A stretch of 63,014 nucleotides of DNA, the filler included. It is 4 parts of 4 records of this genome, joined end to end, with 100 filler letters (N's around TTAATTAATTAA, not from the genome) between each part and the next. Parts side by side here need not be neighbours in the genome. Positions count along the whole stretch, not along the records: positions 19,500 to 41,111 come from SRR20825006_192; 3 more parts are not named here. The stretch is one strand, 5' to 3'. The translations under genes and the position numbers were made by a program. Under the pieces are notes generated by a model. The model was not told the origin of the DNA. It did no database searches and saw nothing but the letters and a program-made list of their open reading frames with translations. Below, one piece after another: positions 19,751 to 29,700 of the stretch (position 1 is the stretch's first letter; each line of letters begins with the position of its first letter).

Positions 19751-20452
19751 TTGGAAGAATTAATTTTAGACTGTGCGGTTGTTGACGATTCTAGTTTACA
19801 ACGCCTAGCTATAGTAAAAATGATCAAAGATCATCCCAACTTACGATTGGCTGCACAATACAACAACGCTATCGAAACTAAGAATGGCTTATTAGAAACT
19901 AAGGTTGACCTTATTTTTCTTGATATTGAAATGCCAATTCTTACCGGTTTTGACCTTCTTGATGATTTGGTTCACAAACCACAAATCATTTTTGTTACCG
20001 GAAAAACCAAATATGCTTACAAAGCCTTTAATTACAATGCGATCGATTATTTAAGGAAACCTCTTACTAAAGATCGTTTCTTAAATGCGGTACACAAAGC
20101 CATTAATTTACATCGCCTTAAAACCGAAGGAAGTGTTGAGGATGATGACTATATTTTTGTAAAGAGTAATCTTAAGAAGAAAAAGGTATTTCTTAATGAT
20201 TTAAAATTTATCGAAGCGTTAGGTGACTATGTAAAACTGGTTACTTACAATGAACCCATTATTGTTCTTTCTACAATGAAAGCTTTTGAAGCGCAGCTTC
20301 CGGCAGATCGATTTATGCGTATTCATAAATCGTATATCATCAATATGGATAAAGTAGAAAAATACAATAGTAGAAATATCGAGATCGAAGGTGATAAAAT
20401 TCCATTGAGTCGTCATAAGAAAACAAAACTTATGGAAGCTCTATCTAAATAA
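19751..20452 (+). CDS. LytTR-family response regulator
   Basis: Receiver domain (VVDD, FLDIEMP, KP) plus LytTR domain (EALGDY, FMRIHKSY). Confidence 0.93.
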   Translation: MEELILDCAVVDDSSLQRLAIVKMIKDHPNLRLAAQYNNAIETKNGLLETKVDLIFLDIEMPILTGFDLLDDLVHKPQIIFVTGKTKYAYKAFNYNAIDYLRKPLTKDRFLNAVHKAINLHRLKTEGSVEDDDYIFVKSNLKKKKVFLNDLKFIEALGDYVKLVTYNEPIIVLSTMKAFEAQLPADRFMRIHKSYIINMDKVEKYNSRNIEIEGDKIPLSRHKKTKLMEALSK

Positions 20453-20470
20453 GAACTGTAAATCAAGTAA

Positions 20471-20563
20471 ACTTCCACGTGGCAAGCCCAATCGGCACTC
20501 GTTGGAAACAAATTTTCTATTTCGAGGCCAGCCTCAGAGTATTCAACCCTTTGGCGGTGCCAA
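20471..20563. repeat. Candidate REP/MITE-like structured intergenic element
   Basis: Relatively GC-rich stretch with two related hairpin cores (GGCAAGCC and GAGGCCAGCCTC) and complementary GGCAC/GTGCC arms; only one copy in the window. Confidence 0.35.
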
Positions 20564-20596
20564 CAAAAAATCCCGCAAATTGCGGGATTTTTTGTT
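20562..20596. terminator. Bidirectional terminator between the LytTR gene and priA
   Basis: AACAAAAAATCCCGCAA-A-TTGCGGGATTTTTTGTT perfect inverted repeat. Confidence 0.88.
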
Positions 20597-20597
20597 T

Positions 20598-23054
20598 TTA
20601 GTAGTTATCTACGTTCAATACAATTTTAACGCTTCGGTACTGTGAAATGCTTAAAAACGTCGTACGCACTTTTAGTATCGCTTTTTTAGTTTTTTCTAAG
20701 CTTTGCTTCCGCGGAATTTTAATGAGTATATTTCGATAATATTCATTTCTAATTCGGGAAACCGGCGGAGGCTCAGGTCCTAAAACCTGATCTTTAAATA
20801 CATTTTTCAGCGCTTGACCCATCCACATCGAAGCTTCTTCTATTTTCTGAAAATCTCTATGTTTTAACGTGATCTTTATAAGTCGGCAAAACGGCGGATA
20901 TTTGTAAATATGCCGTTCTTCAAGTTGTTCTTTATACATCGCTTCAAAGTCATTCATCGAGACTTGCTGCAAAATCTGATGATGCGGATTAAAGCTTTGA
21001 ATCAAAACGTTTCCTCTCTTTTCGGTACGTCCTGCCCTACCCGAAACTTGCTGAATCAACTGAAAGCTACGCTCGTGTGCTCTAAAATCAGGAATATTAA
21101 GCATACTGTCTGCATTGAGAATTCCTACAAGGGTGACATTTCTAAAATCTAAGCCTTTTGTAAGCATTTGCGTTCCTACAAGAATATCTAATTCACCCTG
21201 TTCAAAAGCGGTAATTATCTTTTCAAAACCGTGTTTACCCCGAGTAGTATCACTATCCATCCTGCCAATATTATGATCAGGATACAGTTCTTTAAGTTCA
21301 GCTTCAACCTGTTCAGTACCAAATCCCTTAGTATCCAGTTCTTCGCTTCCGCAGGCTATACATTTTTGCGGCATTGCGATATGATAGCCACAGTAATGAC
21401 AACGCAGCTGCCCACGATGCCGGTGATAAGTTAAACTCACATCACAATTAGGACATTGCGGCGCGTGGCCACACGTGTTGCATTCAACAATTGGGGAATA
21501 CCCTCTTCGGTTTTGAAATAAAATGACTTGTTCTCCGAGTTCAAGCGTATCTGTAATGGCGCGTAACAAATCGTCACTAAAATGTCCCGTCATCCGTTTC
21601 TTACGATGCTTTTCCTGAATGTCTATGATCGTATTTTCGGGAAGTAGAATATTGCCGAAGCGCTTTTTCATCGTTACGAGTGCATATTTGCCGATACTCG
21701 CATTGTAAAAGGTCTCTAAAGCCGGTGTGGCCGAACCTAATAGGACTTTTGCGCCTTGCTGATGCGCTAATACAATACTGGAATCTCTCGCCTGATAACG
21801 AGGTGCAGGGTCGTATTGCTTAAAACTGCTCTCATGTTCCTCATCAACAACCACGAGTCCCAAATTTTCAAAAGGCAGAAAAAGCGCACTGCGGGCTCCT
21901 AAGATCAGCTGCGCTTTAGGTGCTTTATTCAAGACGTTATTCCATACTTCAACGCGCTCGTGTACCGAATATTTACTGTGATATACCGAAAGTTGATTAC
22001 CAAAATATGCCTTGAGACGGGCTACCAGCTGCGTGGTCAATGCAATTTCCGGAAGTAAATACAGTACTTGCTTTCCTTCGGCTAAATAATCTTTTATAAG
22101 ATTCACATAAACCTCTGTCTTTCCCGAAGCAGTGACGCCATGCAACAGGCAAACATCGTGATTGTTAAAGCTCGATTTTACTTCAGTTAAAGCGCGCGCC
22201 TGCTCTTCATTTAGCGCCTTAACTTGATCCTGCTCCTTTCCTGAATAAGAAATTCGATCCTGCTGAATTTTATAAATTTCAAAAATTCCTTTATCTACAA
22301 GTGCTTTTAATTGCGAGCTCGTGGCATCACTTTGCTTCTGTAATTCCTTTGCTTTTATCGGCTTTTGTGACCGTGCTTTTTGCGTAAAATAATTGAGAAG
22401 TAATTCGCGCTGTTTGGGAGCCCTACCAAGATCATCTAATGCTTCGTGCATTTTTTCTTCCTGCTCGTAAATCGAGGTAAGCCGCACATATTTTACCAGT
22501 TTTGGTTTATATGACTCATAAATTTCCTGATCAATTGCAACCAAGTCTAAATCAATCAGTTTATTGATACTTGGCAATACCTTTTTTTTATTCAAGGCAT
22601 TCATCACTTCGCTGATGCGCAAAATAGAACTCCCCTCAAACGCATTAAGTATCGTCAGACCGTCCTCATCAATTTCATCTAAATACGGCTCAAAATCATT
22701 CTTTAGAATACGCTTGATAATGGTTTCACTTTCTAACAAAAAAGCTCCCGGTAGCGCCGCGCGCATCACGTCACCTAAAGTGCACATATAGTAATTAGCC
22801 ATCCATTTCCAGAAATTCAATTGTGCCAGATTTACAATAGGAATCTCGTCAAGAATTTGCTCAATTTCTTTAGCCTCGTAGATACGAGGTTCAACTTGGT
22901 GCACAGCAATGGCCAGGGCAGTATAAATCTTACTTTTACCAAAAGGAACCGCGAGCCGCATCCCTGGTTTTATAAAAGCATATTCGGCCTCACTAATGCG
23001 ATAGGTAAACGCATTTTCGACTGGAATGGGTAAGATTACATCAACAAAATACAC
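20598..23054 (-). CDS. priA: Primosomal protein N'
   Basis: GVTASGKT, DEEH, four CxxC pairs and QVSGRAGR. Confidence 0.97.
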   Translation of the reverse strand: MYFVDVILPIPVENAFTYRISEAEYAFIKPGMRLAVPFGKSKIYTALAIAVHQVEPRIYEAKEIEQILDEIPIVNLAQLNFWKWMANYYMCTLGDVMRAALPGAFLLESETIIKRILKNDFEPYLDEIDEDGLTILNAFEGSSILRISEVMNALNKKKVLPSINKLIDLDLVAIDQEIYESYKPKLVKYVRLTSIYEQEEKMHEALDDLGRAPKQRELLLNYFTQKARSQKPIKAKELQKQSDATSSQLKALVDKGIFEIYKIQQDRISYSGKEQDQVKALNEEQARALTEVKSSFNNHDVCLLHGVTASGKTEVYVNLIKDYLAEGKQVLYLLPEIALTTQLVARLKAYFGNQLSVYHSKYSVHERVEVWNNVLNKAPKAQLILGARSALFLPFENLGLVVVDEEHESSFKQYDPAPRYQARDSSIVLAHQQGAKVLLGSATPALETFYNASIGKYALVTMKKRFGNILLPENTIIDIQEKHRKKRMTGHFSDDLLRAITDTLELGEQVILFQNRRGYSPIVECNTCGHAPQCPNCDVSLTYHRHRGQLRCHYCGYHIAMPQKCIACGSEELDTKGFGTEQVEAELKELYPDHNIGRMDSDTTRGKHGFEKIITAFEQGELDILVGTQMLTKGLDFRNVTLVGILNADSMLNIPDFRAHERSFQLIQQVSGRAGRTEKRGNVLIQSFNPHHQILQQVSMNDFEAMYKEQLEERHIYKYPPFCRLIKITLKHRDFQKIEEASMWMGQALKNVFKDQVLGPEPPPVSRIRNEYYRNILIKIPRKQSLEKTKKAILKVRTTFLSISQYRSVKIVLNVDNY

Positions 23055-23066
23055 GGATGTAAAGAT

Positions 23067-23102
23067 AAAAAAAAGGCTGTCTCAGAAATTAGAAACAGCC
23101 TT
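23067..23102 (-). terminator. Intrinsic terminator after the DUF2147 gene
   Basis: AAGGCTGT...ACAGCCTT stem followed by a U-tract on the minus strand. Confidence 0.7.
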
Positions 23103-23122
23103 AGTTTTAATAGGAAGTATTG

Positions 23123-23551
23123 TTATTTTACTCGGTGCCAATATTGGGTTCTTCCGATGAGTGAAAAACCAATATAACCACGAACTTTTAATTTGTCTGC
23201 GTTCTCTAGCTCGATAAGGCATTTGTATAATTTTCCACTTTGCGGATCTAGGATCTTACCATCATTATACTCGTCTCCATCTTTCTCAAGACCCTTAATA
23301 ATAACCAAACCATTAATAGGTTTACCTTTATCTGCTCCCGGACAGTCTACACATTTTGCATCCTGACGATCTTTGTTTAAAATTTCAACAATTTTACCAT
23401 AAACCTTACCATCTTGCTTGTAAATCTCAACAATAGACTTTGCGTCACCGGTCTCATCATCAATTGTCTTCCACTTTCCGGTTACATCTTGAGCAAAAAC
23501 TCCTGCTGTGCACACAAGCATCATAATTAAAAAAGCGCTAATCTTTTTCAT
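23123..23551 (-). CDS. DUF2147 secreted protein
   Basis: Signal peptide; GKWKTIDD, GKILDP and RGYIG...GRTQYW motifs. Confidence 0.9.
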   Translation of the reverse strand: MKKISAFLIMMLVCTAGVFAQDVTGKWKTIDDETGDAKSIVEIYKQDGKVYGKIVEILNKDRQDAKCVDCPGADKGKPINGLVIIKGLEKDGDEYNDGKILDPQSGKLYKCLIELENADKLKVRGYIGFSLIGRTQYWHRVK

Positions 23552-23632
23552 ATTCGTTATTTAAGGGGTTAATAAATTTTTAATTCTTAATTAAAGTATA
23601 TCAATAATAAGATATTTTCAACACTATTGAAA

Positions 23633-24583
23633 TTAATTTGAAGATAATTGCGCTTTTTTATAATCTCTTCTGCGTTTTAGCCTGTACAAACTTGCATTGA
23701 GTTCAAAACCTAGCAACAATAAGTTTGCGTTTAGCCAGATGTAAACCATCATAATCAATAAGGCTCCAATAGAACCGTATAACTGGTTATAGGTTGCAAA
23801 ATTATTGATGTAAATCCCAAATAAATAGGTTGTCACAATAAACAATATTGTCGTCAAGGTCGCGCCTATAGATAAAAACCGCGTGTCTTTACCCTCTTTG
23901 GTTCCAAAATAATACAAGGTTGCCACTACAGTATAGATCAAAACGATCAAAGCAATATAACTTCCTAATTGGGAAATCCACAAATTATCTTCATTAACTA
24001 TGCCGCGCCTTTTGAGTTCTGTTATACTAAACTGCAAATAAAGCACAGCTATAACTACCAATAACAACAACAATGCCAACATTATAGAAACTCCTAAGGC
24101 AACAGCATATTGCCTAAAAATACTGCGATTGGTAATGGAATGAAAACTATATTCAAACCCTGTAAAAATCGCATTGACGCCGTTTGCCATTAAAAAAATA
24201 GCGAAAATCAAAGTGAATGATAGAAGTCCGCCACGTTGGTTCGCTGCAATATCTAAAAGAATAGGATCAAAAAACTCCTGTGTTTGCGGCGGTAGTAAAT
24301 TATTTATAAAAGAAAGAAAGTCGCTTTGAAAACCGTTAATGGGAACATAAGGTATAAGGTTGAGCACAAATAAAAAAAACGGAAAAAGCGCCATAAAAAA
24401 GCTGAAAGCAATGGCACTGGCTCTTGTAGCAAAAGTACCCTTAAGGATGCCTATCGCATACATTTCCCAGAAATCGTACAACGACAGCCCTTCAAAACCA
24501 GGAAGAATAATTCCTTTGGCCCACTTCACTACCGGGAGTAAAAATGGAATAGTTTTAAGTTTATCGTCCCACTCTTCAGCCAT
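23633..24583 (-). CDS. YihY/virulence factor BrkB family membrane protein
   Basis: RASAIAF...ALFP and YNQLYGSIG...LLLGFELN motifs. Confidence 0.9.
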   Translation of the reverse strand: MAEEWDDKLKTIPFLLPVVKWAKGIILPGFEGLSLYDFWEMYAIGILKGTFATRASAIAFSFFMALFPFFLFVLNLIPYVPINGFQSDFLSFINNLLPPQTQEFFDPILLDIAANQRGGLLSFTLIFAIFLMANGVNAIFTGFEYSFHSITNRSIFRQYAVALGVSIMLALLLLLVVIAVLYLQFSITELKRRGIVNEDNLWISQLGSYIALIVLIYTVVATLYYFGTKEGKDTRFLSIGATLTTILFIVTTYLFGIYINNFATYNQLYGSIGALLIMMVYIWLNANLLLLGFELNASLYRLKRRRDYKKAQLSSN

Positions 24584-25440
24584 TAAACTGCTTTTAAGCT
24601 TAAATCCATATTATAGACCGAATGGGTTAACGCCCCGCTTGAAATATAATCTACTCCGCATTTTGCATATTCGGCAAGCGTTTCCTCGTTGATGTTACCT
24701 GAAGATTCAGTAAGACATTGATCACCTATGATCTTTACAGCAGTTTTAGTATCCTCATAATTAAAATTATCAAGCAATATGCGATACACTCCGCCTGCTT
24801 TTAAGATAGCATTCACTTCGTCAAGATCACGCGCTTCAACAATAATCTTAAGATCCAGATTATTACCGGCTAGATAGTTTTTTGTTTTTTCGATCGCCTG
24901 ATCAATTCCACCAGCAAAATCGATATGATTGTCTTTAAGCATCACCATATCGTAAAGCGCAAAACGATGATTTTCACCACCACCAATCTTTACCGCCATT
25001 TTTTCTAAAGCTCTAAAACCAGGAGTAGTTTTTCTGGTGTCTAAAATTTTTGCTTTAGTTCCTTCTAACAGCTTGGTATAGGCATTGGTTTTAGTCGCAA
25101 TAGCACTCATTCGCTGCATTCCGTTTAAAACAAGGCGCTCAGCTTTTAAAATACTTTGAGAACTACCAGAAACATAAAGTACAATATCTCCTACTTTAAC
25201 TTCTGCCCCATCCTGAATCTTCACCTCAACTTCAAGCTGATCGTCTACGTACGCAAAAACCTTCTGAGCAAAGGCAACCCCCGCGATTATGCCTTTTTCT
25301 TTAACTAAAAGTTTAGCCTTACCTGTTGCCGTTTCCGGAATACATGCAAGCGAACTGTAGTCTCCGGGACCAACATCTTCTCTAATGGCATTGGCTATTA
25401 TTGCAGCTATTTCTTCATTCAGCTTTGCTTCAGAAATCAT
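24583..25440 (-). CDS. nadC: Nicotinate-nucleotide diphosphorylase (carboxylating)
   Basis: DTRKTTPG, HRFAL, LKDNH and LLDN motifs. Confidence 0.96.
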   Translation of the reverse strand: MISEAKLNEEIAAIIANAIREDVGPGDYSSLACIPETATGKAKLLVKEKGIIAGVAFAQKVFAYVDDQLEVEVKIQDGAEVKVGDIVLYVSGSSQSILKAERLVLNGMQRMSAIATKTNAYTKLLEGTKAKILDTRKTTPGFRALEKMAVKIGGGENHRFALYDMVMLKDNHIDFAGGIDQAIEKTKNYLAGNNLDLKIIVEARDLDEVNAILKAGGVYRILLDNFNYEDTKTAVKIIGDQCLTESSGNINEETLAEYAKCGVDYISSGALTHSVYNMDLSLKAV

Positions 25441-25564
25441 AAAGTCTAGTAATTTAAGCTTAGTTCTCGTTACAGCCGGTTAATTTACAACACCGGGGTG
25501 CAAATATCGTGAAGATATAGGCTTTTATAAAACACTCAAAATTGAAATGATGTAATTTTGAATT

Positions 25565-26038
25565 ATGAATATAAAATTACTTTGCATAGGCAAAACCGAT
25601 GATCGCAATCTTGAGTCGCTAATTTCGGTTTACACCAACCGTTTAAAGCATTATGTGAATTTTGAGCTCGAAATTATTCCTGATCTCAAGAAAACTAAAA
25701 ACCTTTCGGAAGAACAGCAAAAAGAAAAAGAAGGCGAACTTATATTAAACAAGATCACGCCTCAAGACCAACTTATTCTATTAGACGAAAACGGAAAAGA
25801 GTTAAGCAGCGTAAAATTTGCCGATTATCTTCAAAAGAAAATGAACAGCGGCATCAAAACATTAGTCTTTGTTATTGGTGGGCCATATGGTTTTTCTGAA
25901 GCGGTTTATGCCAAAGCTCAAGGCAAAGTTTCTTTATCAAAAATGACCTTTTCGCATCAGATGATTCGGCTTTTTATCACCGAACAAATCTATCGTGGCT
26001 TTACGATATTACGCAACGAGCCTTATCACCATCGTTAA
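25565..26038 (+). CDS. rlmH: 23S rRNA m3-pseudouridine-1915 methyltransferase
   Basis: FVIGGPYG, SLSKMTFSHQ and EQIYR...PYHH motifs. Confidence 0.96.
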   Translation: MNIKLLCIGKTDDRNLESLISVYTNRLKHYVNFELEIIPDLKKTKNLSEEQQKEKEGELILNKITPQDQLILLDENGKELSSVKFADYLQKKMNSGIKTLVFVIGGPYGFSEAVYAKAQGKVSLSKMTFSHQMIRLFITEQIYRGFTILRNEPYHHR

Positions 26039-26523
26039 GACTTGGCGCTTATAGGTACCCAAATTTCTTCCTCAGACTCTGGGTGCTCAGGCCCGTAGTA
26101 CTTAGCTCCTAAACGCTCAAAATGTGCTCGATCATCGAGTTTATAATCTGATTGCGGTAACCACGTATCAAAAATATAGTTAGAGGTTTCTACAAATTTC
26201 TTTACCGGACCAACGTGGGTGAATACAGCATAAAGTCCGCCGGCAATGGTTTTAGTTTGCATTCCTTCTGGAACCAAATCAAAAGAAGTCACTTCAACCG
26301 CAGCCCAACGTTCAAATTCTGTTTCCCGATCAAAACGTTCAAAATTCATCCCAAAAGGATAGACTTGCATCGAGTAAAAGCCGGAGTCTATTCTATTTTT
26401 CACTTCTTTGTGCCTACTCATAAATTCTTTCCACAGTGCGGCAGTATCATCAAATGAAAGTGTAGTCGTCAAACATTTACCAATGATCTTTCGTGGCTCG
26501 ATTTCAAGTAATTCTGGCTGCAT
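26035..26523 (-). CDS. GyrI-like small-molecule-binding protein
   Basis: GGLYAVFTHVG, WLPQSDY and EIWVP motifs. Confidence 0.85.
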   Translation of the reverse strand: MQPELLEIEPRKIIGKCLTTTLSFDDTAALWKEFMSRHKEVKNRIDSGFYSMQVYPFGMNFERFDRETEFERWAAVEVTSFDLVPEGMQTKTIAGGLYAVFTHVGPVKKFVETSNYIFDTWLPQSDYKLDDRAHFERLGAKYYGPEHPESEEEIWVPISAKS

Positions 26524-26616
26524 GGAATAGAGTAGATTTTATAAATAATCTTAAAAATAAGAATTCTTTAACCCATCGAACAAAGAACATTGGTAATCCT
26601 TGGGAAAACTAATGTT

Positions 26617-26742
26617 ATGAAACCAAGAAAACTAATCAAGAGATTTTTCCTATTCAAAAGCGCAATGCAAGTAGGCTATTATGCTGTTGTGTATGCTGAT
26701 AAGTATAAAGAAGATATTAAGCGTGTGGTTAAAAAGTCTTAA
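26617..26742 (+). CDS. Putative 41-aa basic peptide
   Basis: Manual translation gives MKPRKLIKRFFLFKSAMQVGYYAVVYADKYKEDIKRVVKKS; fills the gap, and its stop overlaps the ATPase stop. Confidence 0.35.
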   Translation: MKPRKLIKRFFLFKSAMQVGYYAVVYADKYKEDIKRVVKKS

Positions 26743-29700
26743 TTCTTTCTAAGAAAGCCTTGTTGCAAAACATTTTTAATTCCTTCCAGATTATCTGAAA
26801 ATTGCATGAGTTGCCCGAGTAACTGAGCCATTTCGTTAGCATCACCAAAACCTTTGAGCTTGTTGTTTTTAACAAATGTCTCCTTTATAGTCTCCCAGCG
26901 CCTAGCATCCTCATTTTGCAAATTACCTATAAGTTCTTTGTACTTTAAAAGGTTTGCTTCTGCGGCTGCAGTCAAGGTTTGCGACTCGCTTTCATAATGT
27001 GATAACAGCATGGTTTGCAACTCGTTTTCATTCATAACCGGCACCACTTTAGCTACCAATTTATTCATATCACGATATGAACCTTGTAGTTTAAAAGCCG
27101 GCTCCGTGCGGTATGCGTCGTCCATCGCTGCAGATTTAATATAAGCTGCGTTCACTTTAAGAACAGTGTTCCTGATTTTTAATACTTTTTTCAAGATCAA
27201 AGTATACTCTTCCAGTTCTCTGCTGCTGTGATTGCCTTTCAATTGCAATTCGTCATTGCCGGTTTCTAAACGTTGAAGTAACGTATATACATCGTCAAAA
27301 TTTTTACTGCTCAATTGCTGAAGAATTGGATTTGCAGTCAATGCATTTTCTATCAAACTCAGTTTGAAGAGGTCTTCGGTGTCGCCAATAATGTCTCCCA
27401 AATTGTAAATATCTGCTCGGTTTGCTAACATATCCGGGATTTGAAATTTAGCACCACTTTCTGTGTACGGGTTACCCGCCATAATCACACAAAACTTTTT
27501 CCCTCTAAGATCATAGGTTTTAGGCTTTTCCTTATAAACACCTTCTACCCTACGCGTCCCATCAGAAAGCGAAATGAATTTCTGTAAAAACTCGGGGTTA
27601 CAATGCTGAATATCATCCAGATAAAGCATAACATTATTTCCCATTTCAAACGCAAGATTCAACTTTTTTAATTCTTCGCGCGAAGCAGAATTGGTAGCCG
27701 CTGAAGGATCTACTGAAGTCACCTCATGCCCAATTGCCGGGCCGTTGATTTTCATAAAAACCAACCCCAATCGATTGGCGATATACTCCATCAAAGTGGT
27801 TTTACCATATCCCGGTGGAGAGATCAAGAGTAATAAGCCCATGCGGTCTGTGCGTGATTTGTCTCCAACAGTCCCTAATTGCTTGGCTAAATTATCTCCG
27901 AATAATGGGAAATAAACCTGATCAATCAACTTATTACGCACAAATGAGGTCAAGACTTTTGGCTTGAATTCCTCCAGTTTTAATTCTTCCTTTAAATCCT
28001 CTGTAACTTTATGTTTCGCTTTGCGAAAAGCTTCAAACGCCGGTACCGCTTCAGCAAAATAATGTTCTAAAGTCTGGGTAAAAGAATGGAAGTTCAAATC
28101 ATAAACCCCTTCAGAAATGCTAGAATGATCACCTTTCAAATCGGTGATTTTCTCAGATGCCTGAATGGTATTGACTTTAGAAACCGATTCATCATCAAAC
28201 AGCAATAAACATACTGCTTCGTCTAAATAATTCAGCGCAAACTGTGTTTTCTCGCTTTTCAGAAAGGCTTTTACCCATTGGCGCACCAAAGCAATTCTAG
28301 ACTCATAATCAGCCTGTGCTTCCAGACTTGTTTTATACTTTATATCTGCTTGTCGCTCCCTTAGGTCTGTTAAGAAAGATTCTTGTATCTCAATTGCAAT
28401 AGTGCTCCGCGTAAAACTGTCATCATTTTGAAGTTCAGCAAATAAATAGTTGGCCGTGGTAATAGGATCTTGAATTTCTAATAATTCATTTTGAACCGAA
28501 AACGTTTCGATTCTTTTAGCCAATGCATCCACAACAAAATTAGAAGTGGTTTCCTCCGGGAAATACTGTAGTATTTCGCCAGAAGCTTTCAATTTTTGAT
28601 TTAAAAGATTTTGCTCTTCACTTGCTAAGCTTTTCCAAAAGAATTGCGCATAAGAACGTACCTGCGGACTAAACCTCAACAGTCCCAGGTCAACATGCTT
28701 TTGTACTAAAACTCTTAAGATTTTTGCAGCATCACTATCGTGAACTCCTTTTACGTAACCTTCACTGTAATTAGAGCTGCTATGCTCTTGCACAAGCTTA
28801 AGCAATTTGTCATCAGTTGCCTCATGTAGCGTATCAACAGGCGCTGATTTATAAATTTTATAAGCTAAATAAGCTGATCGATACACTATATCATTTTCTG
28901 AAACAAACTCCTGATTCCAGATCTGACGCGAATTCAAAAGAATAGGATCGTCAAGTTTTTGGTAAAAATCGGTGCCTGTAAGATGGTAAGAAAGCTCGCC
29001 GTCTTTGAGCACTATAGTTAGATCAAGCGGTTGCCTGTTAACTCCAAACTTATGATTCCCAAAGCGGATGATATTCTCCCCGTCTTCATACAAATCGAGT
29101 TTATCCTTGAGTTTGCGCAAAGCATCCTCACGCGCAACTTTGAGCGCAGTTTCTAATTCTTCGGCTTTACCGCTATCTTCAAGTTCATTGAGCTGCCCGA
29201 TGATATCCCGCAACTTATTGATCATAAGATCAGAGGCAAAATAACCATTAATCTCATCTGCAGATCCCAAACTTTGAGCGCGTTTAGCGATTCCTTTTAA
29301 GATGCGTTCAGAAGCATTTTGTAAAGAAAGTGCACGTTTATTACGTTTTTCAACCAAAGCATTTTTGCGCGCTTCAAAGGCAGCATAAACTTCCTCCCGT
29401 TTTTCTAAGATGACGGAAATAAAATCTTCAAAATCTGCGAATTTCCCTTCGAGCTCCTCAAGCTGAATAGATATCTTATTTTGGAATTCGTCACATTTCT
29501 CCGGGGTTGAAGCAATATCTATATAATTGATGATGCTTTGATCAATCAGCTTTAGTTGTGCTGAAAAATCAGCCTGAGCTTCAGCACTTCCGAGTGCTTT
29601 TTTCTTATTCTTAAGCGCTGCTTTTAATTGATTTATAGTAGCAAAAATCAACGAAATATTGTCAACGATCTTTGTAGCGTGCGCAGTATCTTCAATATCA

